From assembly GCA_905178155.1 (NCBI GenBank), contig CAJINV010000004.1, forward strand, positions 2,932,921-2,996,920: DNA of 64,000 nucleotides, written 5' to 3'. Below the pieces are notes generated by a model. It worked only from the letters and a program-made list of their open reading frames with translations. It was not told the origin of the DNA and did no database searches. This document shows, in pieces, positions 12,392-25,106 of the stretch. Each line of letters starts with the position of its first letter. The stretch's first letter is position 1. Source of the stretch: Amoebophrya sp. A120. Taxonomy: Eukaryota; Protista; Dinoflagellata. The position numbers and the translations under genes were made by a program.

Positions 12392-15300
12392 CTACGAGGC
12401 CCCGGAGACCGGTTTCACCTTCGTCCCCGTCACCATCACTCTGGTCGGATCATTGTCCAAAACCGACAAATTCCCGTTCTAATATGCATTGCAAAAAGCA
12501 TCGTACTAGTACAAATTGCAATGCAAATTGGTCCAGGAGAAAATATCCAACTTGTGATGCTGATTTCCCTTCGGCGATAGATCTGTCATGCATGACCATG
12601 ACCGCGATTAGTACGACTACGATACAACTTTTGCACAGGATATCGAAATCGACTCGGCGATCTGCTTGGTCGCAGTGTGAATCATGGGGTTGTTCCAGTG
12701 GCAGAGAGTAGCGATGGAAGGATTGTTGCTGCAGTTCTTACTATCCAGTTTCGCACACAACCGCTCGTATTCCGCTGCAGTCATGGGCTCGCTTCCATGA
12801 TTCGCTCCTTCATTTGTTGAAGAACCACCCGAGGCCGTAGAGTGTTCTGCGAAGAGGGTCAAGCACCGCAGGAAGCCGCCACCATGCGCATAAGCCAGGT
12901 CCTGGACGACGGTGGTGTAACCTGTGATGGTCATGGTGCGTAAACAGCTTGCTCTAGTATGAGAAACAAATGTGGGATTATTACGCAGTAGTACTCCTGC
13001 ACCACAATTAGGCTGCCATGCAAGTGCAACAACTCGACGGCATAACAAACTTGCGAAGATATTCATATTCGGGTGTCATCCTAATCTTAGTATTCTCTTA
13101 TAGTCTTCTTGATGCACATGCAGCGTTTGCGTTGTAGTAGTTTGTGTATTTTCCTTTCCATTTATCCTTCATCTACTAAAGCACTATACCTTCCTTCTCC
13201 AAAATCCCCTGCAAGGTCGGGCACCGGGGCGGAATGATGGCCAACCGCTTTGCCTTTTCCAACAGGTTCGCGCAGTTGCGCTCGTCGACCAGAATGGAGT
13301 TCAGCGCAAACGCCATCCACTCCTGCTTGGGAATCAGAAACACCTCGTCGAAGATATAACCTGCTCAGCTGTTACAATTATCTCAAACGTTAGAATAGAA
13401 TATGAAAATCTATGATGCAAGAAGTGCATGATCTAGCGAAATCTACTGATAGGGTTGCGCATGACAAGTTCCGGAGCCCTAAACCCCACGACGATCTGGC
13501 GAAATTTGTATTGCAAAAGGTGGAACGCTGTGCGAATCTGTCATGCTCATCATGCAACACAAATCTCAGATTCTATTGTAACGTTTGAGATTGTAACGTT
13601 TGAGGAGGTCATAGAACACCTCGCTCCGCAGTTTCTGCAGCGACGCGTCGGTGAGAACCTGATCGCCCACACACGCTTTCCCGTATGAAAGTGCACGACT
13701 CCCCTTCCCCCTCATTTGTATTGCATGAACAGCAACTCAAGCGTCAGCAAGAATACAGGTTTTGCATGACAAATTTGGGTAGGCGTGTAGTGCTATTTGG
13801 GGCCGCCAGAACTTATCATGCAAACAGTGCCAAGAGCCCAGGCGTAAATTAGGCATTTTGCATGACAAATGAGGCCGAGGCGGAGTTGTGCACTCTCATA
13901 TCCCGTTGAACAGGGAAAGAATCGCCAGGTCTTGGTGGTAGCCGTGGGCCTTGTCCTTGGCCTCCACGATGATCACCTCGTCCGGAAAAGAATCGATTTT
14001 CAGCACGTCCTTCGCCAAGGTGATCACGTCTTGGTACGCGTTCTTGTCCGACCGACTGCTGTCAAACCCGAGTAACACGTTCTTCTTTTTCTCCGAAGAA
14101 GTTGTCACTTTCACCGACACCAGGTCCGCCATCCCCTCGAAGGTCTTCGCCAATTCGAGCGGAAACCAGCCGAGCTGCAACGCTACCGCCCGCATGAACG
14201 GGTTCTCCAGTTGCCGCTCGAGCATGCGCGGGGATTGCACGATGAAAACCTCCTTGTTGTCCAAAACGGGGGATTTCCCGAGGTACAGCCCAAGATTCGC
14301 CAAGTAAACGGCGTCCGCCATGCTGCTGATCAGGGAGTCAAACACAGACTTCACTTTCTTCTCGATAAACGGCTTCTGGATTCTTGCGTCGTCGTCGGAT
14401 ATTAACACTGCGAGGGACGTGCGGTTCTCGATCTTATTTTCAAGAACATCCTCATCTGCGATATTAGAAGTCGAGTAGTTCTTCGTCTTCGTCACGAGGG
14501 AGTCCGTCTTGGCCCGTTTGCGCGGCGGCTCCTCAAGAAGCAGAGCAGAAGTCATCACTTCGTCCGAGCTCGGTGAAGAACTGCTGGACAGAAACGCAGC
14601 GGCATGGTCACGTTTGGTGGAGGACGCGCGGGAGCTGCAGCTGGTCGTCGAGCGCGTTGAGGTGGAGAAGGAAGCCTTCCGGAACGTGTCGGCGTCTGTT
14701 GCGTTTTGGTTAGTGCCGGACGACGAGAGACCGCCCTGTAACTGCTCCTGGTTTTCCTTTTCCTCCTGCTCATCGTAGTTGTGCTTCTCGTTCAGCCGCA
14801 GAATCGCTTCGACCACCTGCTTTTCCAGTTCCGGACGCGCCTTTTTCAGCTTAGAAGTAGTGGACGAAGCCATGCTGGGAGAAGAATTTGAATTCATCTT
14901 TGGCGAAATAGCAGTAGAGCCTCCGGATGAAACACCACTGTTCTTGTTCGAAGACATCCAGTGCGCTCCCAGCGTTTTCACAATCTCGGCCTTTGCACCC
15001 TCCGAAAAGTAGTTGCCCCGAATCCCGGCCAGAATCAGGTCCAGGGGGAAACAGGTCTGCATCGGCTGGATTGCCTTAACGGTGATCGATGAAGCTCCTC
15101 CTTCGCCGCAACTAAAGCCTCCGCTTGATGTTAACGTCGCGCTGTCATTTTCACCATTGGCGTTGTTCTTCATCTTCTTTGGGCTTTTTGCGCTTGATGC
15201 AGTCGTGGCGGTGCCCTTGACCTTGTCCTGCATGGAAGAAGTAGAAGTAGAACTTTTAGTACTATCCAGCGCGAAATGGCGACTGATCGTGCGGTGCAGT

Positions 15301-15605
15301 TTGATGAGCTCCGACGAGAATTTGCTCCGCACGTTTTTCGGCACGTGCCCCGCCTGCATGAAGGGGTTAATGGAGTACTCCATGGTGTTGATCACCTCCC
15401 CAAAGGCCGGAGACGGGAGCACGATGGTCGAACCGTAGGTGGGCCAAGCGGTGGACGACGAATTCTTCTTGGATGGCGAGTTGACAGTACTACGAAGGTC
15501 TCCCTTCTCCTGCTCCTCTCCAGTGCGCTTCATGCCGCTCTTCTTCGGCGAAATAACCGCGCCAGGCGGCGGCGCAGTAAACTTTTGGTGTTGTTGTTGC
15601 GACAT
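12392..15605 (-). CDS. Pentein-superfamily guanidino hydrolase (ArgZ/DDAH/amidinotransferase-like)
   Basis: After removing introners 13684-13900, 13355-13613 and 12483-12642 and GT-AG intron 12922-13189, the motifs appear in order: EYSINPFM, DAVYLAN, ERQLE, FEGMAD, YHQD, FALN, GGGFLRCLTL. Confidence 0.8.
12483..12642. mobile_element. Introner, family A, reverse orientation (160 bp)
   Basis: tatgcattgcaaaaagcatcg...cttttgcacaggata; imperfect direct repeat tctaa/tcgaa. Confidence 0.88.
13355..13613. mobile_element. Introner, family E (259 bp)
   Basis: ~50-bp imperfect inverted ends (tataacctgctc.../...gaggaggtcata); direct repeat gaaga/gaaca; the join gives EVF-DEVF. Confidence 0.88.
13684..13900. 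mobile_element. Introner, family C (217 bp)
   Basis: tatgaaagtgcacgactcc...ggagttgtgcactctcata; direct repeat tcccg; the join gives LFNG-KACV. Confidence 0.93.
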
Positions 15606-17270
15606 TTTTTTTCTCTTTCTGACGCGGCCTGTGTAGTAACAGGCTGTGGTGGAAAAAGGTAAAGCAAAGCTCGTTCTTTTCCAGTTCAGATTTGTGACTA
15701 GTTCCACACGACACGGCTGCTAATACTTCACCTCCAGGCCTATTATGTTTGGAAGGCGAAGTTACAAGTTCGTGAAACTTCGAATTCCGCTCACATTTGT
15801 CTCTCTCGATGGATATAGAATATCGTTTGCCCCCTCACAATTCGTTAATGCGTCGACTTAGTTTTTGCCTTTATTTTCTTTCTCTCAATAAATAGTTTTA
15901 GGTCGTTTGTTTACTACACCAAGTTCAAGGTAGAACTACGCTAAACTATGGATACACAAATGGAATTGTGCTGAGGATATTATCAACTCGACTCAACACT
16001 TGAAGTAGCTGACGCGGCAAAGAGTATGACTTACCTTATCGAAGATGCTTGACGCCTATACGAAACTTAGGCTCAATAGTAGATTGTGATTGTGTCAGTC
16101 TCAGTGCAAGAGAAAGCAACAATTACCAGCACCTGTTAATACATGCGAGTAGCACATAAATACCTTATGCGAAAAGAGTCAGAGCACGGATATTAATAGA
16201 GCAAACTGTAACTACTGAAGCACTTACTTGGTTGTAGCTCCGAGAAAAAAGTGAAACGTTTTTCCGTTCTTGTGTTGGGTGCCTGGAAGATGATTGCATT
16301 AGGTAACGATTTGATTAAAAAACTAGATGCAGAATATTATTTGTGCACGGATATGAGCCAACATCGCAAGTTTTTGTGTCTCACAAGTACAACTTGAGGA
16401 AGGGCATGGCTTTGTTTCTATTTTCTCTCTGGCACGATTTCGATTCCCTCGCATCTTCACCGCATGATCTGGCTGTCAATTTAGCTCTCGTCAGCGTCGC
16501 TCCTTTGCCCTCGTCTGGTCACGTGAGTGGCAGTAGTATGTGCTATTCCGATTGTTTTACTGACTCGAGGAGCAGGAAGAAAGAGATATCGACCGCTGCA
16601 AAAAAACTCATCGTCGAAGTCTGCAATCCAGCACGCACGTAGGGATGAATGCCTCGTACTACCTGCTGGAGAGATTTTCAAAGCGAGGCAACGAGATAAA
16701 GGGAGCCCGATGAAGTGAAGTGACTATAGACTTGTCCAACAGAAACTACAGTGGTCTACATCTATGTTCTTGTTCTCCTAGTCTGTAGATAGAAATCCAC
16801 ACACTGACACATTACGACACCAACAGCAACAAGTTTGAAGGACGCATAGAATTATTGGAGACAGGAACAATGCTAATTTCACGTAGTTAAGTAGTCCAGA
16901 CGCTGCTGGTGTTCGTGGTTATTCTGAAACAAAGCATCCGCTGCGAAGATTTCAACAGGCCAATAAAACAGAAACAATTGAAGTGTGTGAGTGCTTTAGG
17001 AAACGCAAAAAAATGTCATATCGTGAATGAGCAGGAAAGTAACACTTAACCTTCCATAGAAACGTCCGCGACTTCAGAAAGTGTAAAAAGTTGAAACTCA
17101 AATTGAAATTCTTTTTCTGTGCGGTGTGAAATATATTTTGTAGAAGATACAGCAATCCGACGTCGGTCATCAGTTCCTCTTGCATTTTTTCGGTTGTAGT
17201 ACAAGACCCTCATGTCCGTAGTTCTTCATCCCGCTCACCTCTTCATATCTTCCTCCTCCAGTCTTTGTCT

Positions 17271-17869
17271 TCAGTTGTACTTGCAGAGGCACCCCGGAAT
17301 CCCGCGATTGCAACCCGCCGGCCCCGTTCCGCACGCGTTAATGTTCAGAGCGGGCATGAGGACCATGGGAAACAACAAAAAGCACAACACCGACCCCGCG
17401 CAGATGAGGAGCAGCATGGAGGCGCTGCTGTTCCCGTGCAGGAGGCCGCAACAGAAATAGCCGCGGTGGTCGTCGTCATCGTAGGTGGTGTAGGCATACC
17501 TATCCACAGGAAATTTTCCGCACACGTAGAAATGCAGTCTCTGCATGAGAAAACTTGACTTCGATCCTAGTTTAGCATGGCAAGTTTTACGCTCCAAATT
17601 GGTGAAATTTGTGATGCATTTCGTACATGTAAGGGAAATTTGTATTGCATAGTACCCATAGTCGTCGTACACCACACGCGGCCCTCCCCCGCTTTTCCAA
17701 TGCCCGTGCTGGCAATCGTGGATCAAGCACATGAGGCACAAGAGCATCGTGACCAGGAAAATCAGAAAAATGGACATCATGCAGCACTGGTGTTGCAGCC
17801 ACCAACCGTAGTAGCCACCCAAGGTCACCACACCGCTACTGGGGTTGGAGACGCGCTTGCCATTTTCAT
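17271..17869 (-). CDS. Small membrane protein with two hydrophobic segments, Cys-rich
   Basis: Two TM-like stretches in ORF 17271..17831, extendable to ATGs at 17863 and 17869; contains introner 17501-17651. Confidence 0.6.
17501..17651. mobile_element. Introner, divergent family A-like (151 bp)
   Basis: tatccacaggaaattttcc...ggaaatttgtattgcata; direct repeat atacc/gtacc; internal tgtgatgc and gcatggca motifs. Confidence 0.8.
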
Positions 17870-18021
17870 CGACCTGCGACGTCAGATGAGGCGGCGTGCC
17901 ACAGCACCTGTTAGAAGATCAAGATTTGGGTGGGCATCTTCGTGCAATAAAGTCGTGGTGGTCTTTATCATGACAACTAAGTATATTCATTCACATTACC
18001 CTTCTTGAATCTTTTTAATCT

Positions 18022-18696
18022 TTAGCGTGATATTTCTAAAAAGTACCCTTGCGCAACCACCGCCTGGTGGTTCGCATGCGCTTCGACGGCTGTGGTCAGC
18101 ACATCGCGCGCGGCACTGACCACGTGGTGCCCGAGCCCCACCTTGTGGGTCGACGTCTCGTCAGTTTCATCAGTGCTGGTCTCCGCCGTGGCTTCGGCTT
18201 CTTCGTGTGCACCAGCCCCGGCCGCTGCCGTGCCGGAACCGCTCGACGTTTTTTGCTCCGTGGTCTTTTCCTCAGCTGATGTGGTGCTGGTGGCAGCGTC
18301 AGTCTTCTCTTGATCTTGTTCCACCTCGTCCGCGAATCTCACTTTTTTGACCTTTTTCTCAGAAGCGGCGGCAGCCCCAACCTTCTCGGCAGGCTTGGAA
18401 GACGGCAGCTGCTTGTCCTCCGTTTCAACAGATGCCAAGTCTTCTCCTGATGGTGGACCGGTGGAATCGTGACCATCTTCCTCGTCTCCATCTTTTTCCG
18501 CAAAAGAAGCCGCATTTTTGACGTTGTCCTTTTGCGCGCCGGCAACCTTGCTCATTTCCCGACCGACGCTCTGCATGTTGCTCACGCTCAGAAAAGAGTT
18601 GGCCTCCGCATCCAGGACAACAACGGAGCTAGCGGCTCGCTCGACGACGCCTGCGAGGTGAAACCACATCAGCACGGAGAGAATCATCTTCAACAT
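18022..18696 (-). CDS. Hypothetical secreted low-complexity (E/T/A-rich) protein
   Basis: Signal-peptide-like MLKMILSVLMWFHLAG followed by an acidic low-complexity body. Confidence 0.6.
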   Translation of the reverse strand: MLKMILSVLMWFHLAGVVERAASSVVVLDAEANSFLSVSNMQSVGREMSKVAGAQKDNVKNAASFAEKDGDEEDGHDSTGPPSGEDLASVETEDKQLPSSKPAEKVGAAAASEKKVKKVRFADEVEQDQEKTDAATSTTSAEEKTTEQKTSSGSGTAAAGAGAHEEAEATAETSTDETDETSTHKVGLGHHVVSAARDVLTTAVEAHANHQAVVAQGYFLEISR

Positions 18697-19970
18697 CTTC
18701 GCGACTAAAAGAAGCAGGAGATGAGGGAAAAAAAAAGATTTTGGGTGTTCTGCTTCTGTGTGGAACAAGTGTAGCGCGAACTTTGTTGATGTGTATAGTA
18801 CAACGAACTACAATAGAAACAAAAAAAAACTACTGCTCCGAGGATAATCATAATTTTCTTTTCTTTATCCGCGGCGCATAAAAGAGTCAGAATGAAAAAC
18901 TCTACTCGATCTTGTGTTGTCGTCTTGCATGAGATGGGACAGACACCACGACCATGCTGTCGGACCTTTACACAACAACAACCAGAAAGCAGCTCACTAC
19001 TTTCACGAAACGAGATCCACCACGTGATTGAGTCGAAGGCAACGAAGATAGAAATTCGTGACGTACAACGACAGATTGACCAGCAGGACAAATACTCGAG
19101 CCACAAGGTGCAGCGCGTGGTTGTATACCGGTGTATTTTGCAACAAAACGACGTCGATTCGATTTACGTACGACCCAAACGAACGCCTTCTATCCAGGAT
19201 GATTCCCACATTCCTCGTGCTAATACACGACCAATGGAATTCGTATGGATGACGACAACACATCAGGACAAAAATAGATAGGTGCATATTGGCGGCAAGA
19301 CGGCATACAAAGACACACCGCAACGAATTGCTAATATGGTGGCGATCCTGATCCTGATTCAACCGATTCAACAGAAGGTTTCTAGGAGCAGTAATACTAC
19401 ACGATCATCATATGTTGACGAAGATAACGATTCCATGATAATTAGAAATAATTTTGATTTCTTGCAATACCACGACCGCAAAGAACTGAAAAGGAAAACA
19501 ACAGGAGACACTGCAAGCATCAGATCAAAGTAGTATGAGTTGTTGCGTGGTTTACTTCCGAAAAATTTTTGATTTATCATTCTGTATCGAAGTCGCACCA
19601 TTCGCAATCGAAATTTTTCGGTCGATTCGCACCGTGGGTGGTGACGGTTTTTTTGAAGATATTAATGCTCTTTGCGCACTGGCACGCATCCATGTGGTGC
19701 GAGTCATAACTGCTTGTTGTACTATTACGGTGCGAGGACTCCTCGCGCAGAGGAACACATAGCACGCTGTTGTAGTAATTTCGGTGAGTCGCCAGACGAT
19801 AAGTAGTTGTATGTTGATGAAGAGGTTTTACTTATTTTGTTGTTATGATCACTACCTGCTCTTGCTGGTTCTCTTTATTCTTATTCGCTGTTTCTTGTTT
19901 CCGCTACTTTCATATAATTCCAGATGAAACAAGGCGGCCATAATTTTCGATGAAGCCTGGATGAACTTTT

Positions 19971-22900
19971 CTATCGTCGCTTTTTCTTAGCGGGCCTGGA
20001 AGATGCCTCCACGAGCTCCTCATCGTCATCGCTTCGGTCTTGCCGACGACGCCCTCGCTCCCGATCGCGGTCTCGTCGGTTCGTAACGTCCTCTATCTCG
20101 TCGTCGTCGTTGTCTTTATTTTCGTCGGCTGAGCCGCCTCTAGTTCGGCCACGGTCCCGCTCTGATCTGGTGCCGTTATTCCTTCTACTGCTCTTGTCTC
20201 GGCGTTCTCGTTTGGAGGTTGTCGTGTTTCTGTCCTTTTCGTCCTCTCCACCGCTTACTATTTCATCTGGCCTGTCCTGTGTCGACCGCCGGTCTCGCCT
20301 GTCTGCTCGCTCTCGTCTTTCTTCACGAGGGGAAACCTTATCACCTCCGCCCCGACGCTTGTTGTCCTTTTCGTCCCTACTTCGTGGACGAGATCTCCGG
20401 TCTTCAGCAGCGTCACCCCGACCACCCCGTCTTTCCCGGTCCCTGTCACGCCGATCGTCGCGCCGAGATCGCGAAGGGGCACGTGGTCTTTCCCGGTCGT
20501 GGTTCTCTCCACCTGCTCGTGGCGACCTTCTATCGCGGTTCTTGTTCTCTCTTTGTTCCCGATCGCGGTCTTGATTTCTTCGTTCTTTCTCCTTCATGTC
20601 TCGTGGTCGTTCGACAAGAACTTCATCTTCGCCTTGTTCCTCGTCCGTTGAACGTTTATTTTCTCCGGTCTTGTTTTCTGGGGTACTACGGTCGTCCCTA
20701 CGACCCCCTCCCCGTCGCGCCTCCCGGTCCCGCTCCCGCTCCCTCTCCCGCTCCTTTTCCCGCTCGCTTCTACTCACCGCCTCCTGAATTTTCCTCACGC
20801 GCTCCTCGACCTGCTCCTTGAACCGCGTCGGCCACGGCGCAATCACTGCGGGGAGAAACATCTCGGACTCTTTCTGGAGGAGCAGTTCGTAGTTGTGTTT
20901 CCCCAGTCGCCGAAGTAGCTTTTTGGTCAACGTCTTCCAGAAAGATTTTTCCACCTGGGGTATCTCGTTGGAGGTGGTCCCATCCTCGGCGGAGGAGTTG
21001 TCGTTTTGGTTTTTGTCGTTAATGTTCATACTTTCCTGTCGCTGCAGTTGCTCGTCCTGGAGAAAGTTTCCCACGATCATACCGAGTTCCAGCATTTGCT
21101 TCATGGACAGCTGGTTCTGCTCCCGCTCGAGTTCCAACCGCTTCCTCGTAACTTCGTCAACTTGTTGGTCCTTGTCCGCCTTCCGTTCCTTCCTGTCTTC
21201 CTCCTGCAGCAAAGACCAGCTGGATTTCATCTCCGTCAGCATCTGGTCCCAGAACGCCAGCAATTGGTTCAATTCCTTGCGTATTCTGTGCAAAAGTATC
21301 GCACTCGTAGTAATTATCGCAGTCATGCATTACAAATCTCCATCCCAAGGCAAAACAGCATCACAAATTCCAATTATCATTTTGAGGTAATCGTAATTTG
21401 TATTGCAGTTACTACTAGTACGATACTTTTGCAGTTCATATTGCGCAGATCCGCGGACCGCATTTGGAAGTTTATCGTGGAAGACAAAAGCCCTTCCGTG
21501 TAGCAAAGGAGCTGCGGAAGCGGTAGGGACGAAACCCGGTTTTGCACGTCCTGGCTGGCGGCCTCGAAAAATTGCACCACTTCCAGGGGCATGTCGTCCA
21601 GGGAAAGCGCGCCACAAACACTGTTGCAAGCGAGCAGCACCTTGGTCAGGTCCCTGAGAGGAGTGAGGAGGAAGGTTAGAGGTAGTGCTAGATGTTTTTG
21701 ATGGTCGTGACAGATTTTTTTGAGGGAACAAGGCAAAGAATTCACACAAAAAAAGCTATAAGCCTATCATAAAGGCGACGACGTTCTTCTTGACTTGTTT
21801 GTTCTACTTCATCCAGCGGCGCAAGAAGGAATGATAAATAATCAAGCCAAAAAAACCGTAATCTCAAGTACTTTCCCGATGAAAAGTCGGCGACTTTGAC
21901 TTTCCCAAACGCGGTCACGAACGCGCTTGTCAAATGCGGTCGCACCTCCGTGTCCAACAGCGCCTCACTCTCCGGGTCGGTCGCCAACCGCGCGAAGGCC
22001 TTGGCCAGAAGGAACAGGAGCTGACTCACCTCGTTGGTCTTCAGCGTGCTTTTGATGTGCATTGGTGCCGCTTTCGCGATGTCGGTTAACCGTACCCGAC
22101 TTAACCGCACCGACTGGCTGGCGGCCTGCGCCAGGTGAATCAGCGCGGGCGGCGTGGCAAGGAAGGGTGAGACGTCGTTCAGAATATTTGCCGTCGCTTC
22201 CTCGGGCGCCGTTTCGCGATCCAGGTGGGCGGCGACCCCCAGGGCAAGGACTTCGGCAAAATCGTCCTTATGCAGCTGGCCACGTGAAAACTCCACGATG
22301 CAAGCGTCGACTAGGGTGGGGATCTGTCAAGGGTAGTAGTTTCGTGGAGATGTTTATTTTCAATTTTATCATCGATTATGCACAAAATCGAACTCGAAGT
22401 AGTCAAAGAAAAGATTAGCATTAGTTTCGATCGTGCAAAAAATTGAAGTCCAAATTCATTATTCATCGGGTGAAAAGCAAACATCCATCGTATAAAGTAC
22501 CTCAGCCACGCAGAGCAGGATGTCTCGCTTTTTCGGGCTTAGCGTTTCTTTGGGAAGCTTCTGCAGCAGCGCCCGGCCGACCGTCTCGACAAAGAGCGGC
22601 ATCTCCATTTTCCTTGCGGTTTTCACCACCCCTAGTAGCTTTTCCGTCGAGCTGCCACTAATCGCGTCCGCGCACAACACGCTCAACTGCGTGTCCACGT
22701 CCGCGGCCTTCAATGGCAGAGTGAGCAGCACTTCCAGCTCCTCAATGCTCGCAATCCGCCAGTACTTGAGCAAGGTGGTCGACACCGTGTCACTACTGCC
22801 GTTCGAAAACGCTTGATACGCCCCGTCTAGCTTTTTCGCAAACAGCTCCGCGAGCTTCTCCCGCACTTTCAGTTTCGCCTGACTCAGGTTCTTATCCTCG

Positions 22901-25106
22901 ATGCTGTTGATCAGTAAATCGAGGGTGACAAACCGGTGCAACTCCAAACTCGGATCGTGGAAGCAGCTGTCAACGATCATCGGCAGAGCGGTGAGTAATT
23001 TCTTCTGCGCCGTCAGTTTGTCCACCGCGTACTGAATGTTGTCGCTGCTGGAGGTAGATGTTGCAGAAGTAGATACTGGTCCTCCTGCTTCGTTAGAAGT
23101 TGTGCCGCTAGTACTAGCACTACTCCCCGTATCCTTCCACAGCACCATCAAGCACCGCTCGACAGTTTCCAAGTGCAGCTTTTCCAGCCCGCTTGGATCC
23201 GCCTCGGCGATCGGGCCCGCTAGGTCGGTGCCCTTCTTCGCTTTTCGCAGCGCGTGGGCGAGCTGCTCGTCCCGGGTACGGAGCTTCACCTTCCCGTTGC
23301 TGTAGTACCACTGTTGCCAGTGCGCGTCGAAGTAGGTCTCGAAATCCTCCACGTCCCACACGGACGTGCCCAGGATGTTCCGGAAGTACATCGCAACCGA
23401 CTCGTGGGTCCGCAACCGGTCGAGCTCCACGTAGCCGTGTTCGTCCTTGGAGAGGTCCTTCATGCTATCGCGAGGAAAAATCCCCCCGCACCATATTGAA
23501 ACGGAAATTTGTGATGCTGATTTGTGACCACAAATCAGCTTTGTCTTGCGTACAAGGCAAACGGCACCCATGTGCCGCATTGTGCAGCCAGTCTGTCATG
23601 CGTTTTCGCCTATGTCAGACTTGTTTCTCATGCGCAGCTGCAAGCCGGATGCGTGTCCAAAATGGCCTTAGAATATGCCGACAAGCTCTTGCTGCAATAC
23701 AAAGCTCATTTGTGTACACAAATCCAACAACACAAATTGTCTTTTGCGTATGGGGTGGGGGCTTTTTTCACTTTGATACATGCTGGGAACCAGGACCTCC
23801 TCCATAGTCACATACTTGAACATCGTGTCGTATTTTACCTGATAGTGGACCAACATATAACTTTGATGAAGATCATGTGGCAATGCTAATGGCAGCTCCT
23901 ACATGATGTTGAAATTGGTTTTGTAACTACAACTACAGGCTCAAGATCTACAAGTAGAGAAGCACTACTTATTTCAGCGCAATTTATACAAAAATCGAAA
24001 TTTATACCAGCATGAAATCGACGCTGGTTTTCTCCGCGTCTTCCATCTGTTTGATGACCCGCAGATGGTTGGGCTCTTTGTACGCTAAATACGCCCCCGG
24101 GTAGTAGGCGGCCTCAAAGCGGAAGGCGTTGGTCATGGTCGGGGAGGGTACCGCGATGAAGTTGATCAGGTTCCCGAGTTGCGAGCTCGTCAGCTGCAGT
24201 TCGGATTCGAGAACCTCATCCGTCAATTCGCTAAAGGTGAGGTTCATTCCGCCGGAAAATCCCACCGCCGCGGTCGCGGCCGGGCGGATGCGGCACATGT
24301 TGTTCACCTCGGGCAGCCAGTACAGATTGAATTTTGTTTTTTCGAAAAAGGGGAGAAATTCCGCCTTCACATCCTCCCGGGACTGAACGAACAGGTTGCT
24401 GCCCTGGTAACGGATGAATTTCTGCGAATTCCCCAGCGGACAGAGCATGAACTCCTTCGGGATGGCCATCCGCGGCGCGATGCCGGAGGTGGGGAGGGAG
24501 ACGCCATTGCGCTTACGCTCCAACGCAGCGATCTGCTCGTCGTAACTGTAGTTTTTTTCGTTGTGGGGAGGGAATGAGGAAATAGGATTTTTTTGGACAT
24601 TCTTTTCGACGCGTTGAAACGTTCTTGATATCCGCGCTCATCTTGCATAAATCACCATGTGCCAACAGTATCACCAGAACACGGTCACAGAGAGATGTAG
24701 TCTCGATCAGGATTCAGGTCACGTTTATGATCAAAACAGATTTATGCAACAAAAATACAGAACAAATGTATCAGTTGTATAAGTAGTACGCCTGCTTCTT
24801 GGCCGGGTTGCTGAGTGTTTCGTACGCGTTGTTGATATCTCGGATCATTTCATCCGCCTTTTCCCTCTCCGTGGGGTGTTTGTCCGGGTGCCACTTGATG
24901 ACCAATTTTCGGTAGCTCTTCTTGATGACCTCCGGCGTAGTGGACTTGTCCACGCCGAGGACCGCGTAAAAGTCCAGCATTTCGCTGTTTTCCGTTTTCG
25001 GCTTGTTTTTTTGCTCGTCTTGCTGGGATGAAGCCCCCGCCGCGTCTGGGTCTTGGTCATTTGACCCGGTCGTGGCAGGCTTCTGTTGATCTGCTGTTGT
25101 GCTCAT
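19971..25106 (-). CDS. DnaJ-domain protein with AbfB/CBM42-like region, helical region and R/D/E/S-rich tail
   Basis: J-domain (DFYAVLGV...WHPDKH...INNAYETLS) and FRFEAAYYPGAYL. In-frame joins across GT-AG introns 24546-24789, 23839-24007, 22324-22500 and 21654-21871 and introners 23466-23778 and 21282-21440. Confidence 0.72.
21282..21440. mobile_element. Introner, family A (159 bp)
   Basis: tattctgtgcaaaagtatcg...cgatacttttgcagttcata; direct repeat ttgcg; close in sequence to 5841-5999; the join gives DLR-KELNQ. Confidence 0.93.
23466..23778. mobile_element. Introner, family F (313 bp)
   Basis: tatcgcgaggaaaaatcccc...ggggcttttttcactttgata with ~90-bp imperfect inverted arms; direct repeat catgc; the join gives VPSM-KDLS. 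Confidence 0.88.

Noticed and set aside
13067-13088. U6 snRNA-like words (AAGATTAG, GGATGACAC) on the minus strand in an intron
   Set aside because: No ACAGAG box, AGC triad or internal stem-loop; two short matches are probably chance.
5836-21446. Idea that family A always uses a GT/GC donor just upstream of the direct repeat plus its internal AG
   Set aside because: Works at 5841 and 21282, but gives GG at 55280 and fails for the reversed copy at 41110.
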